Shown one piece after another: positions 41,868 to 52,416 of a DNA stretch of 64,000 nt. The DNA is from Dehalococcoidia bacterium (GTDB taxonomy: Bacteria; Chloroflexota; Dehalococcoidia; Plut-88900). A program made the position numbers and the translations under genes. The stretch covers positions 3,104,001 to 3,168,000 of the forward strand of contig OZ240215.1 of the NCBI GenBank assembly GCA_965197585.1, written 5' to 3'. Position 1 is the first letter of the stretch. Each line of letters opens with the position of its first letter. The notes under the pieces are model-generated. The model was given only the letters and a program-made list of their open reading frames with translations. It did no database searches and had not been told where the DNA came from.

Positions 41868-43805
41868 CTAAGTCCGCCCCGCCTCCGGTTCCAGGGACGG
41901 GGTATCCGGGGCGGGGGCGCGCTGTTCCGGTGCCGGCGTGTCCTTCTCGGCTGCGGGCGGGGGGGTCTTTGCAGCCACCACCGCAGGCACGACAACCGTG
42001 AGGTCAGCCGTTGCATCCGCATCGAAGGCAGCGGCAAGGTCATCACCGTCCAGGGTCTCGACCTGCATGACGTACTCGGCTAGCTGGCCCAGTTTGACCC
42101 TGTTGGCGATAAGGATGTCGCGGGCCGTGTTCTCAGCAAATTGGATCAGGTCCTGGATCTCCTGGTCGATGCTGACAGCGATCTTTTCACTGTAGTTGCG
42201 CGAGTCGGACAGTTCCTTGCCTAGGAATACCAGCTCTTCCTTGTGCCCGAAAGTCCGGGGCCCGAGGGTGTCGCTCATTCCGTACTCGGTGACCATGCGC
42301 CGGGCCAGCTTGGTGGCGTGTTCCAAATCGTTGGAGGCGCCCGTAGTGATCTCGTTGAAGGTCAGATCCTCGGCGACCCGCCCCCCGAGTGCCGTGGCCA
42401 ACATGGCCTTGAACTGGGAGCGGCTGTAGAGGTAGCGGTCTTCGGAGGGAAGGAGCCGCGTGTATCCCCCCATCCCACCCCGAGCCACGATAGAGACTTT
42501 ATGAACGGTGTCGGAGTGCTCCAACATTCGGGCCACCAATGCGTGCCCGACCTCGTGGTAGGCGGTGATTGCCTTCTCCTTGACGCTTATAAGGCGGCTC
42601 CTGCGCTCCGGGCCTGCGATAACCCGGTCTATGGCCTCTTCGACCTGCCGGGTTGTGATGGTCTTCTGAGAGTGGCGGGCTGCAAGGATAGCGGCCTCGT
42701 TGAGCAGGTTGGCAAGGTCGGCGCCGCTGAAACCTGGGGTCTGCTTGGCCAGCACTTCAAGGTCCACGTCATCGGCCATTGGCTTGCCCTTGGAGTGAAC
42801 GGCCAGGATTTCCCGTCTGCCGTTAATATCGGGCAGGTCGAGGACGACGCGCCGGTCGAAGCGGCCGGGACGCAGCAGGGCGGGGTCCAAGATGTCTGGG
42901 CGGTTGGTTGCGGCCAGGACTATGACATTGGTCGATGAATCAAAGCCGTCCATCTCGACCAGTATCTGGTTGAGGGTCTGCTCCCGCTCGTCGTGCCCAC
43001 CCCCGAGACCCGCGCCCCGGTGTCGTCCCACGGCGTCTATCTCATCTACAAATATTATGCACGGAGCGTTGCGCTTGGCCTGGTCGAACAGGTCCCGCAC
43101 CCGGGATGCACCCACTCCGACGAACATCTCGACAAATTCGCTGCCGCTTATGGAGAAGAACGGGACACCCGCCTCTCCGGCAACGGCTCGGCTCAGGAGG
43201 GTCTTGCCCGTGCCCGGTGACCCGACCAGCAACACTCCCCTCGGAACCTTTGCCCCGAGGGCCGCGAACTTCTCCGGGAATCGGAGGAACTCCACTACTT
43301 CCTGGAGGTCCTGCTTCGCCTCCTCCACACCGGCGACGTCCAGGAACGTGATGGTCGTCTTGCTGCCTACAAACATACGGGCTCGGCTCCTGCCGAAGCC
43401 CATGGCCTGGTTGCTGCCGCCTTGCGCCTGGCGGAGCAGGAATAGAAGCACCGCGCCGAAGAAGATCAGGGGCAGGAAGTTGAGGAAGAGCCCGAAGAGG
43501 CTGCTGAGCTGGCTCCTCTCCTTGACCCGGATACTGGGTCCCGCGCTGATGTCAACGCCGTTGTCGGTCAGAGTATCGACTATGCTGGAGCCGGGCTCTT
43601 TTCGGGACTCGTAGCGCTGATCGTCCAGGGCCGTGATGGTCAGCTTGTCCCCGTCGACCTCTATCTCCTTGATCTGATTGCTCTTGGCCATGGATATGAC
43701 GTCGGACAGATCAATGTCCTCCGTGCCGTAGGATGGCTGGAAGAGCGTAAAGACAATCGCGACGATCGCGACGATTATGATGAGATAGATAAAACTGCTT
43801 CTCAT
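41868..43805 (-). CDS. ftsH: ATP-dependent zinc metalloprotease FtsH
   Basis: 2 [21 protein letters not shown] and HEVGH motifs. Confidence 0.97.
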   Translation of the reverse strand: MRSSFIYLIIIVAIVAIVFTLFQPSYGTEDIDLSDVISMAKSNQIKEIEVDGDKLTITALDDQRYESRKEPGSSIVDTLTDNGVDISAGPSIRVKERSQLSSLFGLFLNFLPLIFFGAVLLFLLRQAQGGSNQAMGFGRSRARMFVGSKTTITFLDVAGVEEAKQDLQEVVEFLRFPEKFAALGAKVPRGVLLVGSPGTGKTLLSRAVAGEAGVPFFSISGSEFVEMFVGVGASRVRDLFDQAKRNAPCIIFVDEIDAVGRHRGAGLGGGHDEREQTLNQILVEMDGFDSSTNVIVLAATNRPDILDPALLRPGRFDRRVVLDLPDINGRREILAVHSKGKPMADDVDLEVLAKQTPGFSGADLANLLNEAAILAARHSQKTITTRQVEEAIDRVIAGPERRSRLISVKEKAITAYHEVGHALVARMLEHSDTVHKVSIVARGGMGGYTRLLPSEDRYLYSRSQFKAMLATALGGRVAEDLTFNEITTGASNDLEHATKLARRMVTEYGMSDTLGPRTFGHKEELVFLGKELSDSRNYSEKIAVSIDQEIQDLIQFAENTARDILIANRVKLGQLAEYVMQVETLDGDDLAAAFDADATADLTVVVPAVVAAKTPPPAAEKDTPAPEQRAPAPDTPSLEPEAGRT

Positions 43806-44058
43806 GTCATGCGGCTTTCCCGGTACGCCTGTATGCCTCCAAAGCCATTATATTATGAAAGGCCGACAGTGTCGAAGACGAGTCCGTTTGTGCCGGTTGT
43901 TCGCCTGTAATATACTTGTTTGAAAGCGGCTATCCTGACAGCCGACCCTGTGTGGCTGAGTTTGTGAAGCGCTGGTAGGAACGGACCGCTATTTTGGCAG
44001 GTGGATTTGAACAATCTTCATTGTAGGCCTTCTTTAGCAACGCGAGCGGGAACTGAGA

Positions 44059-44859
44059 ATGGATAGTGCGACCGATCTGACCCTTGACGACCTGGCAACC
44101 CAATACCTTGAGACCCTCACGCAAAAGAAACGCATGAAGATTGAGCCCGCCGTGGCAAAATTTGTGAGGTGGTGCGGCAAAGACCGGCCGGCAGTGAACG
44201 TCACGGGTCAGGAAGTCGAGCGTTATGCCCAGGACCTGAGCAAAATGGCAGCAACGGAAAGCTCGCCTCACGTGCGGGCTTTTTTGAATTTCGCCCACAA
44301 GCAGGGCACCTTCCGCATAAGCCTTGCCCCAAGTTTTAGGGTCAGGAAGTCCCAGACCACCTCCAAAGAAGGGCCGAAGCGCGCACGGGTAGTCTCCCAG
44401 CTTACCGCCGAAGGCTTCGAAAGGATCCAGACCGAGCTTAAGGAGCTGAAGTCGAGGCGGGGTGCCCTCGCCGAGGCGATAATGAAGGCCGCAGCGGACA
44501 AGGACTTCCGTGAGAACGCTCCCCTGGATGCCGCAAGAGAGGACCAAGGCCGGGTCGAGTCCCGGATCCTGGAGCTGGAAGCGCTAGTCCGTACGGCGGA
44601 GCTGCTGAACGAAGACCATATTCGGAGTGCAGATTCCAGGGTGGCCATAGGGCGCACCGTTGCACTGGAAAACCTGACTAACGGGAACAAAGTCCAGTAC
44701 AAATTGGTCTCGCCCAGCGAAGCCAAGATCTCCGAGGGCAGGATATCCATAGCCTCCCCCGTGGGCAAGGCGATGCTCGGCAGAGTCAATGGGGACGAGG
44801 TGGTCGTGGTAGCCCCCGCAGGCGCGATGAAATTCAAGATACTGGAAATCGTGTCCTGA
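44059..44859 (+). CDS. greA: GreA family elongation factor with an N-terminal extra domain
   Basis: LT.EG, DFRENA and GRIS..SP.GKA motifs, plus a ~110 aa N-terminal extension. Confidence 0.85.
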   Translation: MDSATDLTLDDLATQYLETLTQKKRMKIEPAVAKFVRWCGKDRPAVNVTGQEVERYAQDLSKMAATESSPHVRAFLNFAHKQGTFRISLAPSFRVRKSQTTSKEGPKRARVVSQLTAEGFERIQTELKELKSRRGALAEAIMKAAADKDFRENAPLDAAREDQGRVESRILELEALVRTAELLNEDHIRSADSRVAIGRTVALENLTNGNKVQYKLVSPSEAKISEGRISIASPVGKAMLGRVNGDEVVVVAPAGAMKFKILEIVS

Positions 44860-44910
44860 CCCCGTACGACATCCCGTAACCCCGATGCGGGACAATTCAA
44901 GTCAAAAGCA

Positions 44911-45846
44911 ATGTTGCTGGACGACCTCGTAACCGCAATCCAAACCGTACAGGCCCGCATCCGCGAGCACGGCAACAGCCTCAGCCAGAACGAATACCGA
45001 ACGCGCCTTGCGCTTATAGACCCGATACTGAACGCGCTCGGCTGGGATGCCTCAGACCCAGTTTCGGTGCTGGCTGAATACGAAGTCGGCAAGCGTCGAG
45101 CAGATTATGCGCTACTCGGCGATGATGGTAAGCCCAAGGCTTTAATTGAAGCCAAGCATTTGGGCGAGATGGCTAACCCCGCCAGACATGAAGATCAGGT
45201 ATTTGACTATGCCTTTAAGCAGAAAGTCAGGTTTGCTGGCCTGACGGACGGCGATCGGTGGATTTTTGAAGATGTTGTCGCAGGGTTCTCCGGTGGTCAG
45301 AGTCGACTTCTAGATGTGACAATTTCCAAGGAATTGGCGTACCAGTGCGCTCTGAAGTTCCTATTGCTATGGCATCCGACGTTGGTACTTGGTCAACCTG
45401 TTGAGGCCAATGCCCCGGTTCTTGCCACACCTCCAGAACCTGATCCCATAATAGATATACCCCCATTGCCTCCGCTTCCACCACCCCCTTCCTCAGAATG
45501 GATATCCCTCACCAACTATGAACACAGTCATGGTCGGCCGTCATTTATACGGTTACCAGACAGTCAAGAAAAGCAACTGAGCCATTGGTACAAGATTCTT
45601 GAGAATACGGCTGAGTGGCTTATTGAAGAGAGGAAACTGACAATATCTATGTGTCCTATAAAGGATATAGTCAGTTCTGACCTTTTCAGCGAAGGGGGTG
45701 CCCGCTACCTTAGGTACGGTGAGTTGAAAAATGGCATGTTCTTTAATAAGAATAAGAGTGCCAAGGACCATTTGAGAGGCTTGAGAATACTCTTACGACA
45801 TTGCGGCCAAGACCCCACCTCCATCCTTCTAAAACCCAGTCGATGA
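44911..45846 (+). CDS. HsdR_N-like PD-(D/E)xK nuclease domain protein
   Basis: NE..TR..LIDP.L.ALGWD, RADYAL, IEAK and LTDG..W; Pro linker; no helicase domain. Confidence 0.75.
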   Translation: MLLDDLVTAIQTVQARIREHGNSLSQNEYRTRLALIDPILNALGWDASDPVSVLAEYEVGKRRADYALLGDDGKPKALIEAKHLGEMANPARHEDQVFDYAFKQKVRFAGLTDGDRWIFEDVVAGFSGGQSRLLDVTISKELAYQCALKFLLLWHPTLVLGQPVEANAPVLATPPEPDPIIDIPPLPPLPPPPSSEWISLTNYEHSHGRPSFIRLPDSQEKQLSHWYKILENTAEWLIEERKLTISMCPIKDIVSSDLFSEGGARYLRYGELKNGMFFNKNKSAKDHLRGLRILLRHCGQDPTSILLKPSR

Positions 45847-45880
45847 CAATCCCTCCCCCACCCCCAGCCCCCCACACCCC

Positions 45881-47143
45881 ATGAAACAGGCCATCTGGAT
45901 CCCGATTGCCATCGGCGCGACAGTCCCCGGCCTCGCTATATGGAGTTCCGGGGCGCACCTCCCTGACGTTGCAGCCGCTTCATTGTTCGGGCTGGCCATA
46001 ATCGGGGGTGCATTCCTCCTCTCCTGGGCCTCCGAAGTCGCCGAGATCGACATCCCCAAGGCCCTAGCCATCTCCGTCCTCGCCATCGTCGCCGTCCTCC
46101 CCGAATACGCCATCGACGTATACCTCGCCTGGACCGCCGCCTACATCCCCGATAACGCCAACCTCGCCACCGCCAACATGACCGGCGCCAACCGGCTCCT
46201 CATTGGCATCGGCTGGAGCCTCGTTGTATTTCTTTACTGGTTCAAGACCCGCAAGAGGGCTCTGTCCATCGGCGGCGCGGCCTCTCCTGCCCTAGCCATC
46301 CTGCTCATTGCCACCCTGTACGCATTCACTATCGTTGTCAGGGGCCAGCTTCACCTCGCCGACACCTTCGTCCTCGGCGCCCTCTTCTGCCTCTTCGTTT
46401 GGACCAACTTCAAGTCGGAAGTGGTGGAGGCGGAGCTGGTCGGTCCCTCGGCCCTGATTGGGGCGCTGCCTACGGCAAAGCGCCGTACTGTGGTACTAGC
46501 TTTATTTGTCATAGCCGCAGGCACAATTCTGATAGTTGCCGAACCTTTCGTCGAGAGCCTTAAAGAGACAGGTCACAGCCTCGGCCTTAGTGAGTTCCTG
46601 CTCATCCAGTGGGTAGCACCGATGGCCTCGGAGGCCCCCGAGATGCTCCTCGCGGCCATATTCGTGCTAAGGAACAGAGGAGAGGACGGGATCGGGATCC
46701 TGGTGTCCTCGAAGGTGAACCAGTGGACTCTGCTAGTGGCGACGCTGCCCACCGCTTACAACATATCTTGGATCGAGTCTCAATCGGTGTGGGAGGTGGT
46801 TGGGCTGGCGATGAACAATCAGCAGGCGATAGAAGTGTTCTTGACTGCGGCTCAGTCACTATTCGCGATAGTACTGATTCTGAAGTTGTCAATCTCGGTG
46901 AGAGGAGCTATCGCTCTATTCGTGCTGTTCACCGCGCAACTGGTGTTGCAGTTTATTGGAGAACTCTTCACGTCTCTCGCCTTCTTAGGCTCCAACGAAG
47001 CACGCTTCGCCTTCGCCGCCCTCTACGTGGCCCTCAGCGTCGGAATCCTCGCCGTAGACCGCGAACGTATAGGGACATTGCCGGGGATATTCCGGTCAGT
47101 GATGCCGGGAGGCTCGGAGGAGGCACAACGCCCCTCATGTTGA
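45881..47143 (+). CDS. cation:Ca2+/H+ antiporter (CaCA family)
   Basis: AVLPEY, ANMTGANRLL, P.ASE.PE and SSKVNQWTLL alpha-repeats. Confidence 0.85.
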   Translation: MKQAIWIPIAIGATVPGLAIWSSGAHLPDVAAASLFGLAIIGGAFLLSWASEVAEIDIPKALAISVLAIVAVLPEYAIDVYLAWTAAYIPDNANLATANMTGANRLLIGIGWSLVVFLYWFKTRKRALSIGGAASPALAILLIATLYAFTIVVRGQLHLADTFVLGALFCLFVWTNFKSEVVEAELVGPSALIGALPTAKRRTVVLALFVIAAGTILIVAEPFVESLKETGHSLGLSEFLLIQWVAPMASEAPEMLLAAIFVLRNRGEDGIGILVSSKVNQWTLLVATLPTAYNISWIESQSVWEVVGLAMNNQQAIEVFLTAAQSLFAIVLILKLSISVRGAIALFVLFTAQLVLQFIGELFTSLAFLGSNEARFAFAALYVALSVGILAVDRERIGTLPGIFRSVMPGGSEEAQRPSC

Positions 47144-47243
47144 CACCCGCCAATTAAGGGAAGGATGTGGGGCCGCGCATACTGTCGAAGATAGACCTCC
47201 AGCGGACACAGGGGCCAGTTGAAGTATTGATGGGGGTGTTGGG

Positions 47244-47395
47244 CCGCTCGTGCTGAGGCTCTCGAAGTATGAGCGGGGGGTGGTGCAGGTTCATTGAAGC
47301 GGCCAGCTTTGCCGAGCCACAGCTCGTGCTGTCGTAGATCCGCCGCGCTGAAGGTACGCCTTAGGCGGAGCGGGAACCCGCAGAAATATGAGCGG
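47244..47395. repeat. cluster of CCGCTC...GAGCGG REP-like palindromes (one empty, one doubly nested)
   Basis: Copies at 47244-47276 and 47320-47395; relatives at 48082-48115, 54061-54114, 55443-55498, 58289-58343 and 62271-62309. Confidence 0.8.
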
Positions 47396-47403
47396 GGGAG
47401 GGG

Positions 47404-47979
47404 CTACGCAGTCTCGTAAGCCTGCCAGGGCTCCCGGGACATCACCCTCTCCACGATCGGTTCGAAGAACTCCAGTGGCTTGGTAGGGTAATTGGAGTCG
47501 AAGGCGTTCTGGTCGTACTTATGGCACCAGTCGACACACGCCTCGTAGTAGGGATTGTCCCGGTACTTGTCCCGGGCGTTGCGGTCCTTGCCCACGTGGT
47601 GCCAGAAATAGTAGCCCTGGAACTCCCCGTGATGCTGGACGATCCAGTGGTTCTTCTTAGATATGTAGGGTCTGAGAATCGCCGCAGCGACCTCCGAGTG
47701 ATTGTCCTGAGAGACGATCTGCCCGATGTCATGGAACAGTGCGATGAAGACGGTCTCATCGTCGGCGCCGTCCTCGTATGCCCGGGTGGCCGACTGCAGG
47801 GAGTGCTCGAGGCCCGTGACAGGCCCGCCGTCGTCGGATAGCGCCATCTGTTTTACCATAGTCATCAGGGAGTTATAGACCTTTTCCTTCCGTTGAGACC
47901 CATAGGTTTTGATGATTGCCCAGTCCTCGGGGGTGCTGGTCTCCATACTGGCATAAGTGGCTCGTTGCTTGGTCGTCAT
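47404..47979 (-). CDS. HD domain protein (PhnZ-related HD family)
   Basis: LEHSLQSATRA, HDIG, NH, HH and D motifs. Confidence 0.8.
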   Translation of the reverse strand: MTTKQRATYASMETSTPEDWAIIKTYGSQRKEKVYNSLMTMVKQMALSDDGGPVTGLEHSLQSATRAYEDGADDETVFIALFHDIGQIVSQDNHSEVAAAILRPYISKKNHWIVQHHGEFQGYYFWHHVGKDRNARDKYRDNPYYEACVDWCHKYDQNAFDSNYPTKPLEFFEPIVERVMSREPWQAYETA

Positions 47980-48144
47980 TGCATTCGGTCTCCCTGGTTG
48001 ATGTCGCGCCAGTGTAATACGTATGGTGAACGCGGGCAACAAAAGGCGGGCAGACCACCCCACTCCCGTCGGGCCATCACACCGCTCACCCTGAGGCACT
48101 CGAAGGGTCGAGCGGGCCGAAGAGCGCACAGGCGTGTGAGAAGC

Positions 48145-49083
48145 CTACGAGTTCAGCCCCAACACCCGGACCGCGTTGCCGCGCAGCATAGCCTCGACCT
48201 CTTCATGAGTAAACGACGCCTTCTCAGTGGGGTTGTCAGGCAGGTCTCGCACAAGGTCCACCCACCACTTGCGGGAGTACCATCGAGTCCACACCGGGCC
48301 GTCGCACCCGAATAAGACGCGATCTGCGCCCAAGCCATCGATCACCCGCCGGAGCACGATGCAGAACCTCCTATAGTTGTTGGCCGCCTCATGCTGGAAC
48401 GCCGAGAAGTCTGTCACGAGGTTCGGCCTATCCCGCGCCACTTCGATCAACTCCCGCCATGATGCAATGCCGAGATGCGCGGCAATGACCTTGAGGTTTG
48501 GAAAGTCGGTGAGGACGCGTACCAGCTCCTTGGGCTGGCTGAACTTGGGGTCCAGCGGCTCGAACATCTGCCCCGTGTGGAACAGCACCGGCAGCCCGAG
48601 GGCCTGGAGCCGTTCGTAGATTGGGTATGCGGCCTCGTGCCACGGGAACAGGCCGCTCATGTTGGGGTGAAACTTGAAGCCCTTGGCATTCCACTCTTCG
48701 ACGGAGCGCTCGACGAACTCCAGAGCCCCCGGGGCCCGTGGATCGATGCACGAAAAGAAGATGTACCGGTCCGGGTAGGCGGCGCAGATTTGGGCCAACT
48801 CCCGATTCTGCTCCTCTATCGACTTGGGTGCCTCCCCCAGCGCGCACGACCCGTCGATAGCCGTGACCACCGCCACGTCGATTCCCGCCTCATCCATCTC
48901 GGCAATGCACTCCGAGCCGTCGGGATCAAAGCACTTGGCAAACAGGTTCCGGTCTATCTCCTCCGGCGTCCCCGAGAATGGTGAATCAGTGATGTAGGTG
49001 GAGAAGAAGTTGGAGTAGATAGCCCACCAATGGTCGGATAGATACTCCCGGGTCCAGATATGGTTGTGAATGTCTATGGTCAA
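48145..49083 (-). CDS. amidohydrolase_2 family protein
   Basis: IDIHNH, GFKFHP, FHTG, AHLG and LFGCDGP motifs; TTG start assumed. Confidence 0.85.
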   Translation of the reverse strand: MTIDIHNHIWTREYLSDHWWAIYSNFFSTYITDSPFSGTPEEIDRNLFAKCFDPDGSECIAEMDEAGIDVAVVTAIDGSCALGEAPKSIEEQNRELAQICAAYPDRYIFFSCIDPRAPGALEFVERSVEEWNAKGFKFHPNMSGLFPWHEAAYPIYERLQALGLPVLFHTGQMFEPLDPKFSQPKELVRVLTDFPNLKVIAAHLGIASWRELIEVARDRPNLVTDFSAFQHEAANNYRRFCIVLRRVIDGLGADRVLFGCDGPVWTRWYSRKWWVDLVRDLPDNPTEKASFTHEEVEAMLRGNAVRVLGLNS

Positions 49084-49234
49084 GGACGTCTCCCTAAGTT
49101 CTGAGTTCCGGTTGCCTGGCAAGCTCAACATACCACAGAGGTCGAGTAGTATTACAAACGGGTAGCAGGGAGGGATTAAGGAAATGGGACTCGAAAGCGG
49201 TATAGAAGGAAACTGCTTGGCCTGCGGTCTGCCG

Positions 49235-49420
49235 CTATTCGGAGAATCTCAGTATGGCAGTCATTACGCCAACTACCATACCCCCTACGAGGAGCATGAG
49301 ACCGGCTAACCGAATCTCCAGTGCCTTCAGATCGGCCTTTGTGGCCAGATGCTTGAGCTCGGTGCGAAATTCCGTCTCCAGGATGGTCATTCGCTGTTCT
49401 AGCGGTTCGATTGCTGCCAT
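49235..49420 (-). CDS. small coiled-coil protein with C-terminal TM (DUF1640-like)
   Basis: HLATKADL followed by a hydrophobic tail. Confidence 0.6.
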   Translation of the reverse strand: MAAIEPLEQRMTILETEFRTELKHLATKADLKALEIRLAGLMLLVGGMVVGVMTAILRFSE

Positions 49421-49612
49421 AGTTGAACTTCCCTGACTTTCAATAGGGAAGACCTCAGTCCTTAATGAATGTATGCTAATAGTACGCCTGTGCCATCATT
49501 CAGTCAACACGCTGTTTATGTTGAAATCTCGAGTACCTGTTTGCGCCACCCCTCCCCTCTTGATAAGATTCCACCCTAAGGTCCCGGGCCCCGAGGAGCG
49601 GAGGAAGGCCCC

Positions 49613-50746
49613 ATGAGATTCGATAGCACGCCCTACTACCACCTCGGCAGTGTCTACCCTTGGGACAAAATGGTCGACGAGATGCGGGACGAGGCCCGGC
49701 TCCTGGAGCAGGGCGGCTTCACCACGGTCTGGATCGCCGAGCACCATTTCGCATGGGATGGCTGGCTCGGGACATCGCCGAATCCGCTGATGCTCGGGCA
49801 AGACCTCGCCGCCCACACTGACACCCTCCGCATAGGCCAATGCGGCGTCATCCTGCCTGACTGGCACCCTCTCCGAGTCGCAGAGGACGTGGCCCTGCTC
49901 GACCACTTCACCAAGGGCCGCGTCGACTTCGGTGTGGCACGAGGGCTGAACGGCCGGGCCTCGATCCAGTTCCACCCGGACGCCGACCGCCGTGACCGCG
50001 ACCGCAGCTACGCCCTCTTCTCCGAGTCCCTCGACATCGTCAAGAAAGCCTGGACCGAAGATGCCTTCACCCACTCGGGGGAGTTCTACCGCTTCCCTGA
50101 GCCGGGTTGGATAGAGAACTCAGAGTTTATCCGCGATAGCCGGTACCATTCCCCGGACGGTGAGCTAATAGCCCTGGGCGTACACCCGAAACCCTACCAG
50201 AAGCCCCACCCGCCCATGTGGCAGATGGGCGATTCCCTCCAGTCCCACCGGTTCTCGGCCAGCAAGGGGATGGGGAACATAAGCATCGCGCTGTCCTATG
50301 AAAAGATCAGGGAAGCGTGGGGCTTATACAACGAGGTTGCCTTGGAGACCGATGGCCGGCCGCTCCAGGTCGGGGAGAAGCTCGCCGTAATGCGTCCCAC
50401 CTACATCGCCGAGACCTACGAGGAGGCGGTGAACGACGTGCGTGACGGGTTCAACATGTTCGGAGAGTGGGCAAAGCACGACCCACGCAAGGTCCGCACC
50501 CGCATGGCATTCGAACACGAGCTGACCGACGACGACTACAACCTCAGCTACTTCGACTTCAACCACAAGCACGACTTGATCCTCGTAGGCTCTCCCGACA
50601 CAGTCATAGAGCAGATCGAGGAGATGATCGCCGAGACCGGCTGCCGGCACCTGGCCCTATTCTTGAACTTCCCGGGCCTCAGTTTCAAACAGGTCATGCG
50701 CAGCCTGGACCTCTTCGCCTCAGAAGTCATTCCTCACTTCAACTAG
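49613..50746 (+). CDS. LLM-class flavin-dependent monooxygenase
   Basis: WIAEHHF, HPLRVAEDVALLDH and PKPYQKPHPP motifs. Confidence 0.92.
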   Translation: MRFDSTPYYHLGSVYPWDKMVDEMRDEARLLEQGGFTTVWIAEHHFAWDGWLGTSPNPLMLGQDLAAHTDTLRIGQCGVILPDWHPLRVAEDVALLDHFTKGRVDFGVARGLNGRASIQFHPDADRRDRDRSYALFSESLDIVKKAWTEDAFTHSGEFYRFPEPGWIENSEFIRDSRYHSPDGELIALGVHPKPYQKPHPPMWQMGDSLQSHRFSASKGMGNISIALSYEKIREAWGLYNEVALETDGRPLQVGEKLAVMRPTYIAETYEEAVNDVRDGFNMFGEWAKHDPRKVRTRMAFEHELTDDDYNLSYFDFNHKHDLILVGSPDTVIEQIEEMIAETGCRHLALFLNFPGLSFKQVMRSLDLFASEVIPHFN

Positions 50747-50780
50747 CACTTCTCCTGTCCCCCTGCCCAAGTACCGGACT

Positions 50781-50820
50781 AGAGGCAGACGCCTGTGCGT
50801 TAGCACAGGCGTCTGCCTCT
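50781..50820. terminator. 18 bp perfect hairpin after the LLM gene
   Basis: AGAGGCAGACGCCTGTGC-GTTA-GCACAGGCGTCTGCCTCT. Confidence 0.65.
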
Positions 50821-50990
50821 GTTCATCCCTCCCCCTCTCCCTTTATGGCCCTAAGGGAGAGGGGGACCAAGGGGGAGAGGGTTCCCCCGCAGACATGCCG
50901 ATTGGATCGTCATCCGGAGAGCCCACGCCGGGATCCCTATCTCCGGGCGCAGTGGCTGTTACCATGAATGCCTCAAGGGGCCAGGCCGTT

Positions 50991-51629
50991 TCAATACTCC
51001 CCCGAGGAGGTCACCTCCACCCACAACCCCCTCGCAGTCTTCGCAGCCGTGCCATACCCGAACCCCCGACGCCTCAGGTGATCGACCAGCTTCTTGAAGA
51101 AGGCGTCGAAGTCATCGACGGGCAGCGAGCGGGCCCTGCGCTGAGCGGCCCGGTAGGCCTCGGCTTCATCGTCCATGTCCAGGGTCACGCCCTCTATGGC
51201 CTCGCTATCGACACCCTTCTGCCTTAGTTCCATCTCCAGCATCCTGCGGCTGCGGGGCCTGAATGTTACCCGCTGATCGACCCAGTACTGCGCGAATGTG
51301 AAGTCGTCGAGCAGCCCCTTAGCCCTGAGCTTCTCCACGGTGCGGTCTATAACAGCTTCGCCAACTTGTCGACGGCGGAGCCGGTCACGCAGCTCGCGCT
51401 CACTCCGGGGCCGGGCTGTGAGATATCTGAGCGCGACCGACATTGCAGAGTCGAGCCCCGCCTTTTCCATTAGCTCATCGAGACGTTCGTCCGAAACATC
51501 CTGTCCGATCTGGAGCCGGGCGTCGAACATCGATATCTGGTCCAGTGCGAAGGCGTAGCGCCCATCAATAAACACGTTGACGCGGTCCCGCCGGTTCTTC
51601 TGGACTCGGATATCGGTGATCTGGGGCAT
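50991..51629 (-). CDS. recX: RecX regulator
   Basis: ALRYL..RPRSE.EL, LLDD..FA, ELRQKGV and L.RRGF motifs. Confidence 0.92.
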   Translation of the reverse strand: MPQITDIRVQKNRRDRVNVFIDGRYAFALDQISMFDARLQIGQDVSDERLDELMEKAGLDSAMSVALRYLTARPRSERELRDRLRRRQVGEAVIDRTVEKLRAKGLLDDFTFAQYWVDQRVTFRPRSRRMLEMELRQKGVDSEAIEGVTLDMDDEAEAYRAAQRRARSLPVDDFDAFFKKLVDHLRRRGFGYGTAAKTARGLWVEVTSSGEY

Positions 51630-51638
51630 AGCGAAGGA

Positions 51639-51971
51639 TTAGTCCGAGGAGGCTGTGGTCAGCGGGCTTTCTTGGCGCGGCCGGATCATCGTGTTGATGA
51701 GCATTTCCGACGAAATTTGAGCAGTACGCAGTTCGAAGGTCTTCTGGAGGTTCAGCCAGAATTCGGGGCTCGTGCCCAGGTAACGGGATAGTCGGAGAGC
51801 GGTGTCGGCAGTTACGCTCCGGCTGCCATTGAGTATTGAGGTGATGCGGTTGGCGGGAACCCAGAGGGCCTTGGCCAAGGCGTTGGCGGACATGCCTATT
51901 TCCTGTAGCTCCTCCTTGAGAATCTCGCCCGGATGCACGGGTCGCATACGGTTCGATATGGACATGCTCAT
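51639..51971 (-). CDS. higA: HigA antitoxin
   Basis: PVHPGEIL, VTADTALRL and FWLNLQ motifs. Confidence 0.93.
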   Translation of the reverse strand: MSMSISNRMRPVHPGEILKEELQEIGMSANALAKALWVPANRITSILNGSRSVTADTALRLSRYLGTSPEFWLNLQKTFELRTAQISSEMLINTMIRPRQESPLTTASSD

Positions 51972-51984
51972 TCCAGAAACCTCT

Positions 51985-52263
51985 TCAATGGTAGTCCACT
52001 ATTTCCACTGCATAGGGCCCTTCATCTCCCCAACGGAAACAGATTCGCCACTTTCGATTGACCCATATGCTGAATTGTCCCCCCCGAATACCGGAGAGTG
52101 ACTCCAGTTTATTGCTGCGCAAAGCTGCCAAGTCTCGCAGGGAAGCTGCATTGTCCAAGATCGTCAACCTGTGATATGCATGATACTCAGAGTCTTGGAA
52201 GGCCCTGAATCGAAAGCCCTCGAAGAATTTTCTCGCTTCTCGATCATTGAAGTTTTGAATCAT
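51985..52263 (-). CDS. higB: HigB toxin (RelE/ParE killer family)
   Basis: MIQNF, LESL.G.R.GQFSI.VN..WRICF and VEIVDYH motifs. Confidence 0.92.
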   Translation of the reverse strand: MIQNFNDREARKFFEGFRFRAFQDSEYHAYHRLTILDNAASLRDLAALRSNKLESLSGIRGGQFSIWVNRKWRICFRWGDEGPYAVEIVDYH

Positions 52264-52416
52264 TGCAACGCATTACGTAATAGGTAAATATTTGAACCTC
52301 ATTCTAGAACTTCAGCTTTGCAATTGCAAAATGTCAGTTGAAGTAAGGAACCTCGCTTGACACCCGACTCCCCCCATTCCTAACCTACCCCCGACCACAT
52401 CCGCCCGACACGGGCA

